A DNA stretch of 64,000 nucleotides from Hyaloraphidium curvatum SAG 235-1 (Eukaryota; Fungi; Monoblepharomycota): assembly GCA_025558095.1 (NCBI GenBank), contig JAIVFI010000008.1, positions 558,001 through 622,000 of the forward strand, read 5' to 3'. Below the pieces are notes generated by a model. That model was given only the letters and a program-made list of their open reading frames with translations. It was not told the origin of the DNA and ran no database searches. How positions within the stretch are numbered: position 1 is the stretch's first letter; each line of letters starts with the position of its first letter. The position numbers and the translations under genes were made by a program. Below, one piece after another: positions 1 through 16,056 of the stretch.

Positions 1-87
1 CCCCGAGGACACAGGAGCGATGGTGTCGATGGCCTTGAGTGGCAGGATTCGGCGAAAGGAGACTGTAGAGCACAAACACTACATCGC

Positions 88-731
88 CTACTTCTTCTTC
101 GCCGGCTTGGCAGCAGACTTCTCCTGCTCGCCGAACTGCTTCTCCGCGTACGCAACCCTGGAAAGCGAACGATGTTAGCGAAGAGATTAGTAGCTAGGCC
201 GGAGAGGACTAACCAGTCCTCCGGCGCGAAGCGGTAGCTTTCGGGGTCGATGATGACTGCAGATTGCGCTGCGATGAGACCGAGCGACGTTCGGAGTCCG
301 CATCTCACGTACGTGGTGCCACGGCTTGCGCGAGCTCCCGGTCCTTCTGGGCCTGGTAGGCGATGTTCGCCTCCTCAATCAGAAGCTCGTACTCCTTCCG
401 CTTCTCCGCCTCCGCACGCGTCTGCATTATGGCACGGCCCGTGAGCATTCAGGGAATGCCGCGCCGCCAGTCGCCTCCTCGCCTTTGCGAACGCCGTCAA
501 CTCCTTCTGCTTGCCCCAGCCATAGTAAACGCCGTACGCCAATGCGCCCCAGCGCAGGTACTGGCGGGATGCGGCCGCCAATGGGGATGGGGGAGGGGAA
601 AGGGCAGACGGGCCGAAGGAGGCCCAGAGCGAAGCATCGGGGCAGGGAAGCAGGCGCAGGTTGGGCGCGAGTTCGTGGAGCAATACGAGCACACCCACGT
701 TGACGAGAGCGGGATTGATGGCCCCGCTCAT
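88..731 (-). CDS. ATP21: Mitochondrial ATP synthase subunit e (multi-exon)
   Basis: Exons read MSGAINPALVN|YLRWGALAYGVYYG...|EAEKRKEYELLIEEANIAY...|IIDPESYRFAPEDW|VAYAEKQF...KKK*; RWxALxxGxxYG is the subunit e signature. Confidence 0.85.
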
Positions 732-784
732 GGCTGCAAGAAGGTGAGTGGAGGTGTGGGGTGGCGCGCCGCGTCGGCGGTATC

Positions 785-3182
785 ATGCCGTCAGTCCTTT
801 CTGAAATGTCGCGCCCCGATCTCGATGCGAAAGCGGCGATTGAAGCGCAGTATGCGAAGCAGGACGTCTTGCTGCGAAAACTGGCGCGATTTGTGTTGGG
901 GCCCTGGGGTTGGATCTTGACTGCCGTCGGAGCAGCGTCTCTTGCGCTGCTTCCGCTCCCGGCACTCCAGAAGTCCACCTATGTGGACGAGAACGGCCTA
1001 TTGCCGGGCCAGGTGTGCACATGAAGCGGTACAGCGCACGAGCTACGTGGCCTGATTGGTGGCATGGCCCAGTTTGTCACCGATTTCTGTTCTCGGCAGC
1101 AGGAACGGTTTCGGCGCGTCCAGGTGGACCTCAAAGGACTAGATGGGCACGAGCAGTCAGTTCTATTGTGCTGTTTTACCGCCGGGGTCATTCATTTGCT
1201 CCAGCTTGCAGACGCGTTACATTCTGGACGCCTTCCGCGAGTTGCGCCTGGAGGCACACTCCTTGAGCGCAAGTTTCGGCGACCTGCAGAGACCAGACAA
1301 TGCGTCCAGCACGCGTGAAGAGACCGTCTACGCCGTGCTGAGAGCTCCGCGCGGCGATGGCACCGAGGCTCTCGTCACCTCGGTGGATCGAGACTGCCTC
1401 TCTGGCGGCAGTGAGTGCGGACGTGAATACCCGCAGGCGTATCTCACGCGGATGTGGGAAGCCAACTCTTTGGGCATCGCTTTGCTGATTGCTCTTGCAG
1501 CCAGCTCCAGCAGTAGGATCCAGCGTTGCACGATCGCTGTCCGTAACCTCATTCCCGCTTGGCAGGACGCTCTCACTGGTCCAAGGACCAAGTCTTCGCC
1601 ATCTTCGCCGGCGGGAGCCTCGGTGCCCAGCAGTGGCTTGATTCGTATCATCAGCTGACTGGTGAGTGCCGCGTTCTGCGTCTGTCGAACGTGGGACCAA
1701 GCTGTCTCTTCCAGGGCCGCCCCATCTATCGCTTCCTGCCCGCGCTGGGGCAATTCAGCAAGCGGTCCATTTGGATCTTTGTGGCGCAGGGGACTCTTTC
1801 ACGAGTCTTGAAGTGACTTACGGTAGGCCGAAGGCTGTGCGTTTTCGCGGTGGGCGGCCACCGACAGACTCGACAGAGGCTCTGAACGGTCAGCTGCCGA
1901 ATCAAGACATAGTCAATGCCGCGGTTGACAACGCCCGGTTTGAGGGCTTTCCCCTTCGTCTGGCCAACCGCGCTGGTCCGGATGCTCAGTCTGGCGACAA
2001 CTCATACCTGAACAATGCGTGTGGCCTGCTGCTGGGCATGGCGCGGTTCATTTCTGGGCTGCCATCCAGTCCTCATGCTCTTTTCCCAAGGTATCCGAGG
2101 TTCATTGACTGTGAATCATCAGTTTGACCGTCCCGTGTAGATTTCGGGTCGACTCTGTCATGTTCACTCCTCGCTCAGCGGATGACGGGCTGCAACGTTT
2201 CGACATGTGTCTCCTTGGCCAGTGTGTTAAAGTGCCGCAACTCTCGGGCAAGAGGTTTTAACCGTTGCGACAGATTCCTCGAATCCACATTGCGAACTCA
2301 CGATGGGCTGCTGGAAAGGCTCCACCATTCGTTCTTCTTCTACCTTATGCCCACCATCGACAGGTTCTTGCCGATATCGTTCTTTCTCCCTCCGCTGGGA
2401 TTGATCCTTCTGGGAATGATGGCCGTGGTGAGTACGAGCGGTGCGAAGAGGTCCCCCGTCAACCGGAGCTTTCTTGAACTCTGGCATGCCAGGTGCTCAG
2501 CATTTGGCACGAACTCCGCCCGGAGAAGCATCCAGTCGTTGCGCACCTGATAGGTCCCGACAAGAGCCTGCTTTATGCTGGGCTTCCGTCCCCGATCGAT
2601 GTACCGATCGTCTCCGCACTGAGCCTCTTCTTTCTCGCGGAAGCGGTGGCATGTGTCACCTGGATTCTTTGCCGCACATATCACACGGTGGGGATTCTCG
2701 TGGCGTGTCTCGTGGCAGGAGGGCTCACAGAGGAGCAGAACCCGGCCTTGCCCGCAGCAATCGCTGCGGTGACATTCGCGGTGCTGCCCCTTTGCGCCAA
2801 GAAGTTCGCTGCGGAAGCAGGCTCGGACTCTCGGCGTTTGGGACTGACGGTGTCGCTGGGCACCGCTATGCAGGCCGTGCCCACCCTGATGGCGATCTCC
2901 CTCCTCAACTTCCCGTTGGCGGTCCTGCTCAGCGTTGCCGTTTCCGTGGCACAGAGACTGAGCCTCAACGGGCGTGGGAAAGGGCTGAGGCTTGTTGCTA
3001 TTGCAAGCGTCGGTCTTTCCGTCCCGGCGTTGGTGGCGGCAAGTTCCGGCCAGTCCGTGCAATCGGGACTTCAGCAGCTTGTTCTGGGCTACGCCATCCA
3101 TGGAGCGTGGGCCCTACCGTTGCTGCTGCTGTGGTATATGCCTACGGTGTTGCTCTTTGCGGTCGGCATGTACTTGATGTGA
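785..3182 (+). CDS. GAA1: GPI transamidase component Gaa1 (multi-exon; start 785 or 806)
   Basis: TYVDENGLLPGQV, VYAVLRAPRGDGTEA, LNGQLPNQD, LLERLHHSFFFY motifs; multi-TM C-terminus. Confidence 0.92.
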
Positions 3183-3298
3183 AAAGCGCTCGTGGCGATG
3201 TTGTGCAGGCAGGGTTCGTCCCTCTCATCACGCTCTTCGGCGGGTGCTTCGGGCGAGGACCTACTACACCCCGTCTCGCTGTCCCGCGGTTCCTCAAA

Positions 3299-6127
<2,829 letters not shown>

Positions 6128-6235
6128 CGTGCGGCGTTCCCGCCGCCCCGGGCCCTGGAACTTGCTTTAGCAACGTAGATCGAACATGCGCACCTCTCAG
6201 AGGACCGAACTTCCACCGGACCGCCGTTCGCGTAA

Positions 6236-7697
6236 ATGGTGGGCCTATTGGGGGCGATGCCGGAGCTTGGAGCTCATCGATGCCCAGGCATCCCTGAGCC
6301 CGAACGCAAAGACCGCGGCAGACCCCCAGGCCAAGAAACCAAAGAAGAAACCCCCGCCCACTCCGGAGGAATTAGAGTCCATGATTCAATCCAAGGTGCT
6401 TAGCATTTGGGGACTGGCGCCTCTTCAATGGTTCCTGGGTTTTGATGCCCAGGCTGCTCCAGATACATCAGCTGGAATCGGAGCGGACGAGCCTTGAAGA
6501 GGAGGAGGACGCGATGGGTCGGTTGTCGCCCAGTCCCGTTCCTCTTCCCGATTGGACGCCGTGTTCTCTCCTATGGCCAGACAAGGCGATCAAGAACGCG
6601 ACCACCGAAATCAACAAGCTGGCGGAGAGCACGCATGGGGACACTGCTGCGCTGCAGGCCAAGTACATTGGCCTGTTCGAGACGTACAAGGTGCTGGAAC
6701 GGGACTACGCAAAGCTTAAGAAGAAATATGAGCTGGTGCGGTGGCTTTGCCTCCAGGGAACATCTTGAGGAGGCTGACTCGATGGCGGCAGGCAAACAAA
6801 GAACGCGACTCTGGTGGGATCACTTGTGTCCGGAAGCGTGACGACCTAACGCAAGTTGCAAATCGTCAGCAAAGTCCGATTTGGCGAAAGCAAATGCTCA
6901 GAAGCAAAAGGTGGAGACGGTGTGCCGCGAACTGCAGAAAGAGAATCGCAAGATCAAGGCACGTTCTCGCTGGCTTGGCTTGACAAGTCGATTGACCAAG
7001 CCTTAGGATGAGAGCCAACGACTAGCGCAGTCGGAGCAGCAGAAGCGGGAGGAGCTGTCGTCCAAATTCGAAAGCACGATTTGGGAGATCAAGTCGAAGA
7101 TGGAGGAGGAATCGGACGATCGGAGCCAGACCCTTGACGAAGCAGAAGTAGGGTAAGTCAGCATGCTGAGCGCCGCGACAAGATCTGCAACACGTGGAGC
7201 GCCTGCAGGCGAACACGAGATCGGTTAAGGAGCTTCCTCCAACAGTACGAGCTGCGGGAAAAACACTTCAACTCTTTGATGCGGTCGAAGGAGGTAGAAT
7301 ACCAGCTCCTGGAGGCAAGATGCGAGCAGCAGCGGCAGCTCATGGAGCAGGAAGCTCTGAAAGTGGGCGATCTCGCAGCATCTAGCCGCACACACTGACA
7401 AGCCACGTCGCACAGGTGAGTTCGCTGAGGGGCCAGCTTACGTCTTTCGCGAAATCGGAGGCGGATCTCCGCAGTCAGCTTGCGACGTACATCAGCAAAT
7501 TCAAGACTGTCGAGGAAACCCTCACCCGCTCAAACGAAATCTTCCTTTCGTTCAAGAGCGAGATCGAAGCTACGTCTAAACGGACCAAACGCTTCGAACA
7601 GCTGTGCCGCGCTCTCCAACAAGAGCGCAACGACTTGAGGACACGCCTTGCCAAATACGAGAAGGTGGACATGGCAGATCCGATTGATGTTGACTAG
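6236..7697 (+). CDS. Taxilin-family coiled-coil protein
   Basis: VETVCRELQKENRKIK, FLQQYELREKHF, TLTRSNEIFLSFKSE, FEQLCRALQQER; ATG-only first coding exon inferred (intron 6239-6287). Confidence 0.85.
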
Positions 7698-7720
7698 TTT
7701 CAATTGAGCAAAAAGTGGTA

Positions 7721-8937
7721 TCACGACTTGAGCAAATCTTGCAGCTCGGCCTCCCATGCGGCCGCATCTGTCCGTCCAAAATGGTCAGGGGCTACAGCGG
7801 TCGGCGCAACCCGTCCTACCTGTGTCCTCCTTGCCGGCCTCCCCGAGACCCCCAGCCAAATCGTCGTCTGGACCGGCGGAGAAGTCCTCGCCTATTTCGG
7901 CTCTCAACGCCGCATCTAAATCGTCCACTGCCGCCTCTGCCCCAGACTCCTCGGCCTTCGTCTCGGCACCCTCTTGAGTCACTTCGTCCAGCTTTGCTGA
8001 CAGTGCCAGCGCTTGCTTAATCAGACCGACCCTAGGCTGAAGGATTTGGCTTCTTGCCTCATTCGGATCACGACAAGCCCTACCTGTAGAAGTAGTTTGA
8101 CCAAAATGCCTGAGAACGAGTGTGAGACAACATGCGAACAACGAATGATGTCCTCCCTGCCTTCTCCTTGATGTGGGACGGCACCAGCGCGAACCTCATC
8201 TTCTCCAAAGCTGGATCAGCCCGCAAGGTCGCCTGCCACGAGTCGCCAATGAGCCTTTCCAATTCACGTAGGCAAGACCACCCAACCATAGCCGACGGCA
8301 ACACAGCAGGAAGGTCAAACTCAAAGTCCGTGCCTGCGTTCTGCTCAGCAAGCGACGGACAAAGGCAGGGAAGCGTTACCTGCGGGTGGCTCCACCAAGA
8401 AGTTCCGCTTAAGGAGGAGAGCCAAGATCAGAGATCGATAACTAGCGGCCCCTGGGCAACAACCTTGTCCTGGCGGGATGTGAGTCAACGAGGCCAAAGT
8501 GCCACCGGCCGTTCTCACCGAAGACAGGCCCAAAACTTGCCGCCTCAACTCGTCCTCATTCACTGAGCCGTCCTTCCACACAGGCTCCGCGTCCGGAAAC
8601 TCTGGAGCTCGCTCAGCACAGGTCCCCGATGAAGGGAGGCGGCCCACCATCCGCGAAGTACTCGTTCGCCTCCTTCTTCTGACGAACGAACTCCTGTCGC
8701 TCCTTCTCAAACTCTCCCAAACGCTTCTCCGTCTCCTCCTCGATCGTCTACCGGGGGTTTCAACTGCGGCCCCGCCGTTCAAGCGGACTCGCGAACCTTG
8801 ACCGTCTTGGCCGCCGTTTCTTTCACATAGTCGAGCGTCGTGGCCAGGCCAGTAGTCAAAGATGACGTGAATGTGCTCCAGGAACTAAACGCAGGGAAAG
8901 GCGAGGCCTTCGGAGCCTTCTCCGCGGCGTCCTCCAT
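7721..8937 (-). CDS. BSD-domain protein (SYAP1/Dos2-like)
   Basis: LEKMRFALVPSHIKEKAFWSNYFYR BSD core; acidic tail ending WEAELQDLLKS*. Confidence 0.8.
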
Positions 8938-9036
8938 GGCGCTTCGGCGCTTCGTCGGTTTCTGAGAGGCTTTGTCTCCGCGCGTGCGCGCGCGCGTGGT
9001 CGGGGACGGTTCTTGCCAGTTCGGGGGCGGCTCGTG

Positions 9037-12000
9037 ATGAGCGATGCTGCCGAATGGCGCGTGCGCGCGATTTGGGACGCGATTGACGGAGGAAGCTACA
9101 AGCAGGCGATCCAGCTCGCGCAGAAGAGCTTGAAGAAGAATCCCGGAGCTCCAATATTCGAAGCCTTGCATGCCCTCGCTTCTCTCCGGCTCGGGAGGGT
9201 CGATGAGGCGCTCCATCTTTGCGATTCGGCACGCCGGAATGGGGCAACGGACAAGGCGGTGTTGCCGATCTTGGCCCAGATATACGGCCAAGCGGGGAGG
9301 CGTGAGAACGAGCGGCGCCCCCCTGGAACTCTGCCCGCTCAAGCCTGTTGCCACAGAGAAGGAGATATCTAAGCTTTATGAAGCAGCACACGCGGCAGCG
9401 CCAAGGAACGAGGAGCTTGGGAACCTCTGGTTCATGTCTCTCGTGAGGGATCAGAACCTGAAGGAGCAGCAGCAGGTGGGCATCCCTCGACATGTATTCG
9501 ACCATCAGCCTCAAACGGGGTGTCGCAAGCTCGCTTTGAAACTCCACAAGCAGTTCAAGGGCGCCAAGTACCTCGTCTGGGCGGCCCTCAGTGCCTTTCT
9601 TCAGGTGACCCCGCCTCTGGCTGAAGCTTGTGCAATGTCGTTGACTTGGCGTCAGGCTGAAGATGGCCTGGCAGACTCTGCGCTCATGTATGCCCTATCG
9701 GAGCGCATGATGGCAAGAGCTTTTGCGGAAATGGGGCAACCGAGCACGGAAGGTAGGGATGCCAGTGGGAGACCAAGTCCACGGCTCACCGGGACCCTAG
9801 CCGTGCTGTTGCAACTGGACATACTCACCCGGCAGGGGAAGCACGCCGATGTGCTCGCTTTTTTAGAGGGACCGTCGGTGCAGAAGAGCTTCTTGGTCAA
9901 GGAGCAGTACACTCGGCTCTTCATGGCAGCCCTTGCAACCCTTGGCAGGCATGCCGACGTTCGGACATCGGCCATGGAGCTTCTGAGCGAAAGGTATTGC
10001 TTGCGGGCATATTGGATCAGCCAGTTCTGAGCGATTGATGGCAGGCCAGATGATTGGGAAGCCTGGAGTGTCCTCATTAAGGCGTGGTTGGCCGATGAGT
10101 CCGCAAACGGGGAGCTGTAGGTATCCGTGCATGCGTTCCGCGCGCTAACTCATCAGTGGAGCAGAGCCTCGCCGCCCGCGGAACTGGTAAACTACTTGCG
10201 CGACCGGAAAGCAGCAGCAAACGGGTCCGAACGGACATTCATGCTCGCGGAGTTGGAGATTGCGGGACGAAACAGTGCTGCACGAGTCGAGGCATTGCGG
10301 AACTACATCACCGTGTTCGATCAGCAGTATCACATGGTTTCAGATGTCGCTTCGTTTCTTGACGACGCGGTTGACGATGACGGGAAGCAAGCCTTGCTTT
10401 CTTTCGTGCGGGAAAGATACGATTCCTCTGAGGTAGGATCCAGTGCCATTGCTTCTCGGCGACTCTGACCACACGTTTCGCAAGAACTTGGCGACCAGAA
10501 TCAATATGCTCAAGCTACGCAGGATGCTCGGGGAGCACTCTCAGATGAGCGGAAATGAGCTGCTCAATGCAGCAGACGAGGCGTGGGACATCTATGTCCC
10601 TTCTCTTCAAGGTGGGAGAGGCCCGCGATGCATGCATCGTTTTCGTATCTCATGGCGAGCCTTTAGGATCACCTACGAAAGATCAGCCGCATCTGGATGA
10701 CTTGGCACTCTTGTGCTCCCACATGCTGCACGACTTGATGCGAAGTTCGAGTACGTGGTCTTTGGCCGCCGAACACGTGCGTTTGCTTATCTTGTCATTG
10801 CGCAGAGAGCAGCACCCACGGACTCGTTGCTATCGCGGTGCTTGAAACTGCTTTGGAGCGAAGCCCAGCCAACTTTCAAATCACAATGGCCCTGATCAGG
10901 CTGTACTGCACGTTTGGTTGGCTGCGGTCCGATCCTTGGCGTGATTCCTCTTAACTTCGCCCCAGGGAACTTTACTCGTTCAGTCGAGCTTTACGAAACC
11001 CTTTCAATCAAGCACGTGCAGCACGACACCTTGAGGTATTTGCGCCCAAAGTGCGCTGCGCACGTGCTTACGCTGCGACCAGCTACCTCCTTGCGGATCT
11101 CATCGACAGCATTGCTCCGCCTGACGTCGTCGCCAAGTTCCTCCGTTCGGCGCAGGGCATTTATGCTTCGAACGAAACGGAGACGCCGCAAATGATGATC
11201 AAAGCATACGAGAACAACACGTACTCGAAGGTTGAATCGCCTGGCATGGTATAGGAGCTATGCATTGATTGCTCGCGCAGGTGCCAGAGTTCCGCGCCTT
11301 CAAGGGGCGGTTGGAACGTTCTCTGCAACGGTGGACCTCTGCGTGCCTCGCTGTCTACAACGGCGTGGCCAAAGCTATTCCCTCCGTGGAAGGGATGAAG
11401 GCCCCCCTTGGGACCGCATTGCCTCTCCGTGCTGCGGACCTTTCGGACAATCAAGACCGCGCAGTCTTCTCCGACTGGAACAAGGTCGGAGCTTGTTCTT
11501 TCGAGGAACTTTCGAGGCCTCTGCGTCGCCGAGAAGTGAGGGTCACCTCAGGCTTGCCGCTCCACGCCACTGACCGGTTGATCAGGAAACCTGGGTGAAA
11601 ATTCACGTTGCCGTCATTGATGCTGCGCGCTACATGCTTGCGGGGAGCGGAAACGGGGACGCCCACGACATCCTTCAACGTCTACAAGATCCGCTCGCCG
11701 ACGCAGAAGTCCGCAGCAAGGTCAAACCACTGTCCTTTGTTTTGGCGATGCATTGACATTCGTTCTCCAGGTTGAGAGCTACGACATGCAGCTTGCCCAA
11801 GTCATTTTGCATTTCCTGTCATCGTTCTGTGGAAAGTCTGACGGTGAATGACTCGGGGAATGCGGCGAGCACACTCGGTGCTCACGAGACTTCTTTCCAG
11901 TTGTCGACAATGCAGTCGCTACAATCACTAATATCGACCGTAGGCGATCTGCGCATCGCTCCGCGGCGACGTTGACTGTTTCTTGTCCCACAGATGCCTG

Positions 12001-12423
12001 TCGAGAAACCGTTCGCGGTCTTGGCGAGACCCCGTTGTGGGATACGAGAGCCATGGCGACGATCATGCAGGGCACTCTGGTCTGACCAATTCGCTCCGCG
12101 CAAGACAATCGAAGGCTGATGAATGCCAACTTCCTCAGACTCTCGCCGTGGTACGCATGTTGCTTCATCATGCTGGTAAGCAGGCGTCGATGGGGACTGC
12201 GTTCGCCGAAGCGCTGGAGAAATCCAGCTTGGAGGTTCGGCGAGCAGCAGAGAGCCTTCAGCAGCGTCCAAACCCGCCGGACCCCGATCTCGCCGAGGTT
12301 CGGGGAACCCAGCTGGAGATCCTTGCTTCAGCAAAGCTGGCATCAATCATGCACAACCTCCGCAAAGACTATGCGACGTTTGTGCAAGAACTCGGGCGCA
12401 GAGCGCGCTCCTTTCGGCCCTAA
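9037..12423 (+). CDS. NAA25: NatB N-acetyltransferase auxiliary subunit (Naa25/Mdm20)
   Basis: RVRAIWDAIDGGSYKQA, PRNEELGNLWFM, LSIKHVQHDTL, ETPQMMIKAYENNTYSKV. Confidence 0.9.
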
Positions 12424-15400
12424 TCGTCGAAAGTGACCCAGCCTTGCTGAGGCGTCGGGGGGCTCGCGGGAGACACGGCCACCTGTGCAGGAATTTCGCG
12501 GAACGGGTTCTTCGCCGCCAGCTTGCGCTCCAAGGTCTCACTGGACCGAAACGGGTTCCTGGCTTTCGATGCGGCCCCAGTTCGCCGCAGTGGTTTACCG
12601 TCGTCCCACCACTGCGCGGCCTTGAACCCATTCGCCACTCCAGACTGCGCATGGGCGGCGCCAGCGCGGCCGGATCTCGTAATGGAGGCAAGGATCTCCC
12701 CGCGGATCTTTCCGGCCTTGGCGTGGTCGACGATCTGCGCCTCCATGCGGAACACGGCCTTGACTGGAATGCCACTGTCAATGCGTGGATATGATCGCCG
12801 ACGTGGCGCCGAACGAACCAGGTTTGTGGTCCGACGTCGTCATCGTCTGGACGGAGGAGTAGTCGAGGAGCTCCAGAGGTTGGCCGCTCGCGCTTCGGTA
12901 AAGGATGCGGTCGCACCACGCCGGCACCCGCCCCTTTTCGTTCTCGTACGAGGCGACTGTGCCGTTGGCGATCTTGTACGTAGGAGGGAAGGTGATCTTT
13001 GCCTCGGTGTACCCTTCAAAGACACGGCCATTGCCGTGTTCCCTGATGAGCTGATCGTAGGCAAGGAGCTCTTGATAGCCGAAGTCAGTGTCCACGGATT
13101 GCACCGTCGCAATCGCCGACTCGTAGTCCAAGTCCACGCGGTAGTTGAAGTCCCCCGCGAAGATCACGAAGCTTCAAGCCGCGATTGAGCTCGGTTAGCT
13201 TTTCAGCACGGCAAACCCACTCGTGGTCCTCGAGCCTCTTTCCCCGGAACCTGATGCCATCGGTGATGGTGCGGTAGTCGCGGTTGCGGTCAGCCACGTT
13301 GCTCTGCCCGGCAGCCAAGTGCGCGGTGACGAAGCACAGCGACGTGTCATGGAAGTTGAGCCGTATGGCGACACCCCCTGCCAACAAGGGTTAAACGCCT
13401 CGAAAAAAGACGCCAGAGAAGCCAGACCTTTGTTCCCCGCCAAACCAGAGAGACCCGTCTTCTGCTGGGAGACCTCGACGTGGCGCACATCGTCGACTAG
13501 GTTCTCGAGCGCATACTGCGGTCGGGTGAAGTCAGCAGCAGCGCGTGATGATGCTGCTGCGAGCTTCCGAACCAGGGAAAGCGACGCGCCGACGAGCTGC
13601 ACGGATCTGAGAAGCACGTAGGAAGCCGAGTAAACGTAGTTCATGGTCCGCAGAAGGTCCTTTTCCCATGCTATCCGACGGTTCACGTCCGCGGCGACAA
13701 TCTGCTGCGGCGTGAGCTCGACGACTTGAGGGAGGAAAAGCGTCGATCGCTATGCGCGGACGTAGATGCAAGCACCACCCACTTTCTTGGAAAGCGAGCG
13801 CGATAAACTCGGGAGGCGCCTTCAAACCAGACTCAAGCCAGGGGCTGAGGTCTTCTCCCGGAGTCTTGCCGTTCACGTTCCACGTGCCAATGAGCGCATG
13901 CACCGTCCGCCGCCTCGTGTACTCCGACTCCCGGGCCTTCATGCGGGCGGCGACGGCTTCCCTGACGACGTCGCGGAGCAGGAACGACTTCTCGGGGATT
14001 CCGGTGCCCAGCAGGATGTCGATCGTTTCCTGCCGCGACTTGTCGACGAAGTTGTTCACCACGAACCGCTGCACCGACTTGGACGCGCTGTTTCGCGGGC
14101 GTCAGCGCGGGCTGCAGCAAAGGTCGAAGGACCACCCACTCGTCCAAGATGCCCGCGAGGGTCTGCTTCCCTTTGCGGGTGGCCGAGCTGCGGATGGCCC
14201 CGCTCCCCGCGTAGATCTTGGACAGCGCATCGCCGTTGTCGCTCCACAGGTTGCGCCAGGTGGCCTCCGCCTCGGGGGAAAACACCGCGACGGGGTCCGC
14301 GTCGAGATACTCGACCGCGTGGCGGGTGACCACCTGGAGCGCCATGAAGGTCTGCACCACGTTGGTGCGGTCCAGGCAGTCCAGGCAGTTGATCCGGAGG
14401 TGGCCGCCCTGCAGCAGGAGCGGGTGCCGCGAGTCCTTGTGGAAGAGGAAGTAGCCCGCCCGGTCCAGCCATTTGGCGACCGCGCTGTACAGGTAGACCA
14501 GGTTGTCAAAATTGCCGTTCCTGCACTCGGCGTGGACGTCGAAGTTCTCTGCAGAGCGGGTGAGCCCCGGCAGCCGACGGTCGTTCGCCAGACGAGCTCA
14601 CTTAGCTGCACCGCCTCCTGCAGCTCCGGGATGCTCCTCTCGAAGTGATGCCGGTATGCCGATGTCAGGACGACCTCCGGTTCCTTGGCGCTGAGGAGGT
14701 CTGGGTTGCGTCAGCGACGGCCCACCCCAGCACGGACCCGACCCACTCAGGATCTGGATATCCCCGTAGGCCTCGACCAGGCGGGCAAAGTGGTTCCGGA
14801 ACGCGGGCCCGGTGGCCTCGCTGCCGCGCGCGATCTCGATGCGCTGCGTGAAGCCCTGCACGCCGGGCTGCTCCCAGAAAATGGGGACGGAGCCGCGGAG
14901 CTGGACAAAGGAGAGGAGGTACTGCGGGGAGTCGAGCACGAGCTCTGGCGGGGGAAGGATCAGAGAGGGCGGCTGCGGCGGACCGCAACACGCGGACCCA
15001 CCCGTCTCCACAAAGTTGGCCACGTTGCCCTCGTCGTCGACGCCCCTCGTGGAGAAGCGGGTGCCGGCTCTGCGGCAGCTCAGACGCGAGATGAGCACCA
15101 GCTGGTTCAGCGACCCCGAGCGGTCCTGGATCCGGACGTTGCCCGCGCCGACGAAGCCCTGGACCATGGCGAGCATGAGCCCCGAGGCGTCCAGCTCGGC
15201 CTTTTCGTCGTCCAGCATGCCGTCCCGGATGTAGAGCAGGTCCTTGAGCATGTGCCTGTTCCACAGGAACTCCTCCGAGCACTCGTCAAAGTCCAGCGCG
15301 GGCTGCGCGCCGGGGCTCTCTGCGTGCTGCTGCTGCAGCGACCGCGTGAGGTCCATGGCGGTGCTGAAGTAGAAGCTGCCGTTGGAGAGGTAGCGCTGCG

Positions 15401-15954
15401 GCGATCGGGTGGTGTCGGCGGGGCCCTTGCGCGCATCGCGGTCGCCAGCCCACCATGAGGTCCTGGCACGGGTGCCGCAGGTCCGGGTTGCTGCTGGCGG
15501 GGGCGTCCGGGTTCTCCATGGCGCCTGCCATGCCGTCGAACTGGCCCGACGCGAGCGAGAAGAAGGCCACGTCGGTCGCCCGGTAGACGACGCGATCCCG
15601 CAGCGCGCACACGGCCTGCGCGTCCCTGACCAGTCCGAGCCATATCTCGCCGCGCAGCCTTACCAGGCCGCACACGCCCCAGAAGCGGGAGCCGGGGGCG
15701 ACCCTTGCGAAGCCGGAGCGCGCCAGGTCGGCGTCCGGGGCGGCGGGCGCGCGCTCGAAGAAGCCCGAGTGGCGCTGCGCGGCGTGGTGGCCGCGGTGCG
15801 CGTCGGGCGGCGCCGAGGCCGGACGGGCGGGGGCGGCGGGGGGCGGTCCGGGCTCGCCGGGCTCCAGCTGCAGGAGGAACCCGCCGGCGTCGGGCGCGAC
15901 GACGAGCGCGCGCCCCGAGGGCCCCGGCGCGGCAAAGAGGCCCCAGCGCTGCAT
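12420..15954 (-). CDS. Synaptojanin-like polyphosphoinositide phosphatase (Sac1 + 5-phosphatase domains)
   Basis: ISRLSCRRAGTRF, NVANFVETE, FVQLRGSVPIFWEQ, RINCLDCLDRTN; 5-phosphatase GTWNVNG, HLAAG, GDFNYR, PAWCDRIL, SDHKPV. Confidence 0.93.
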
Positions 15955-16056
15955 CGCGGGGGTCTCGCCGGGGGACGACTTCGCGGGGTCACAACCATGC
16001 GTCGCCCGTCACAGAAGTGCACACTCCGCCCACTGCCCGCCCACCCGTCTCCCGCG

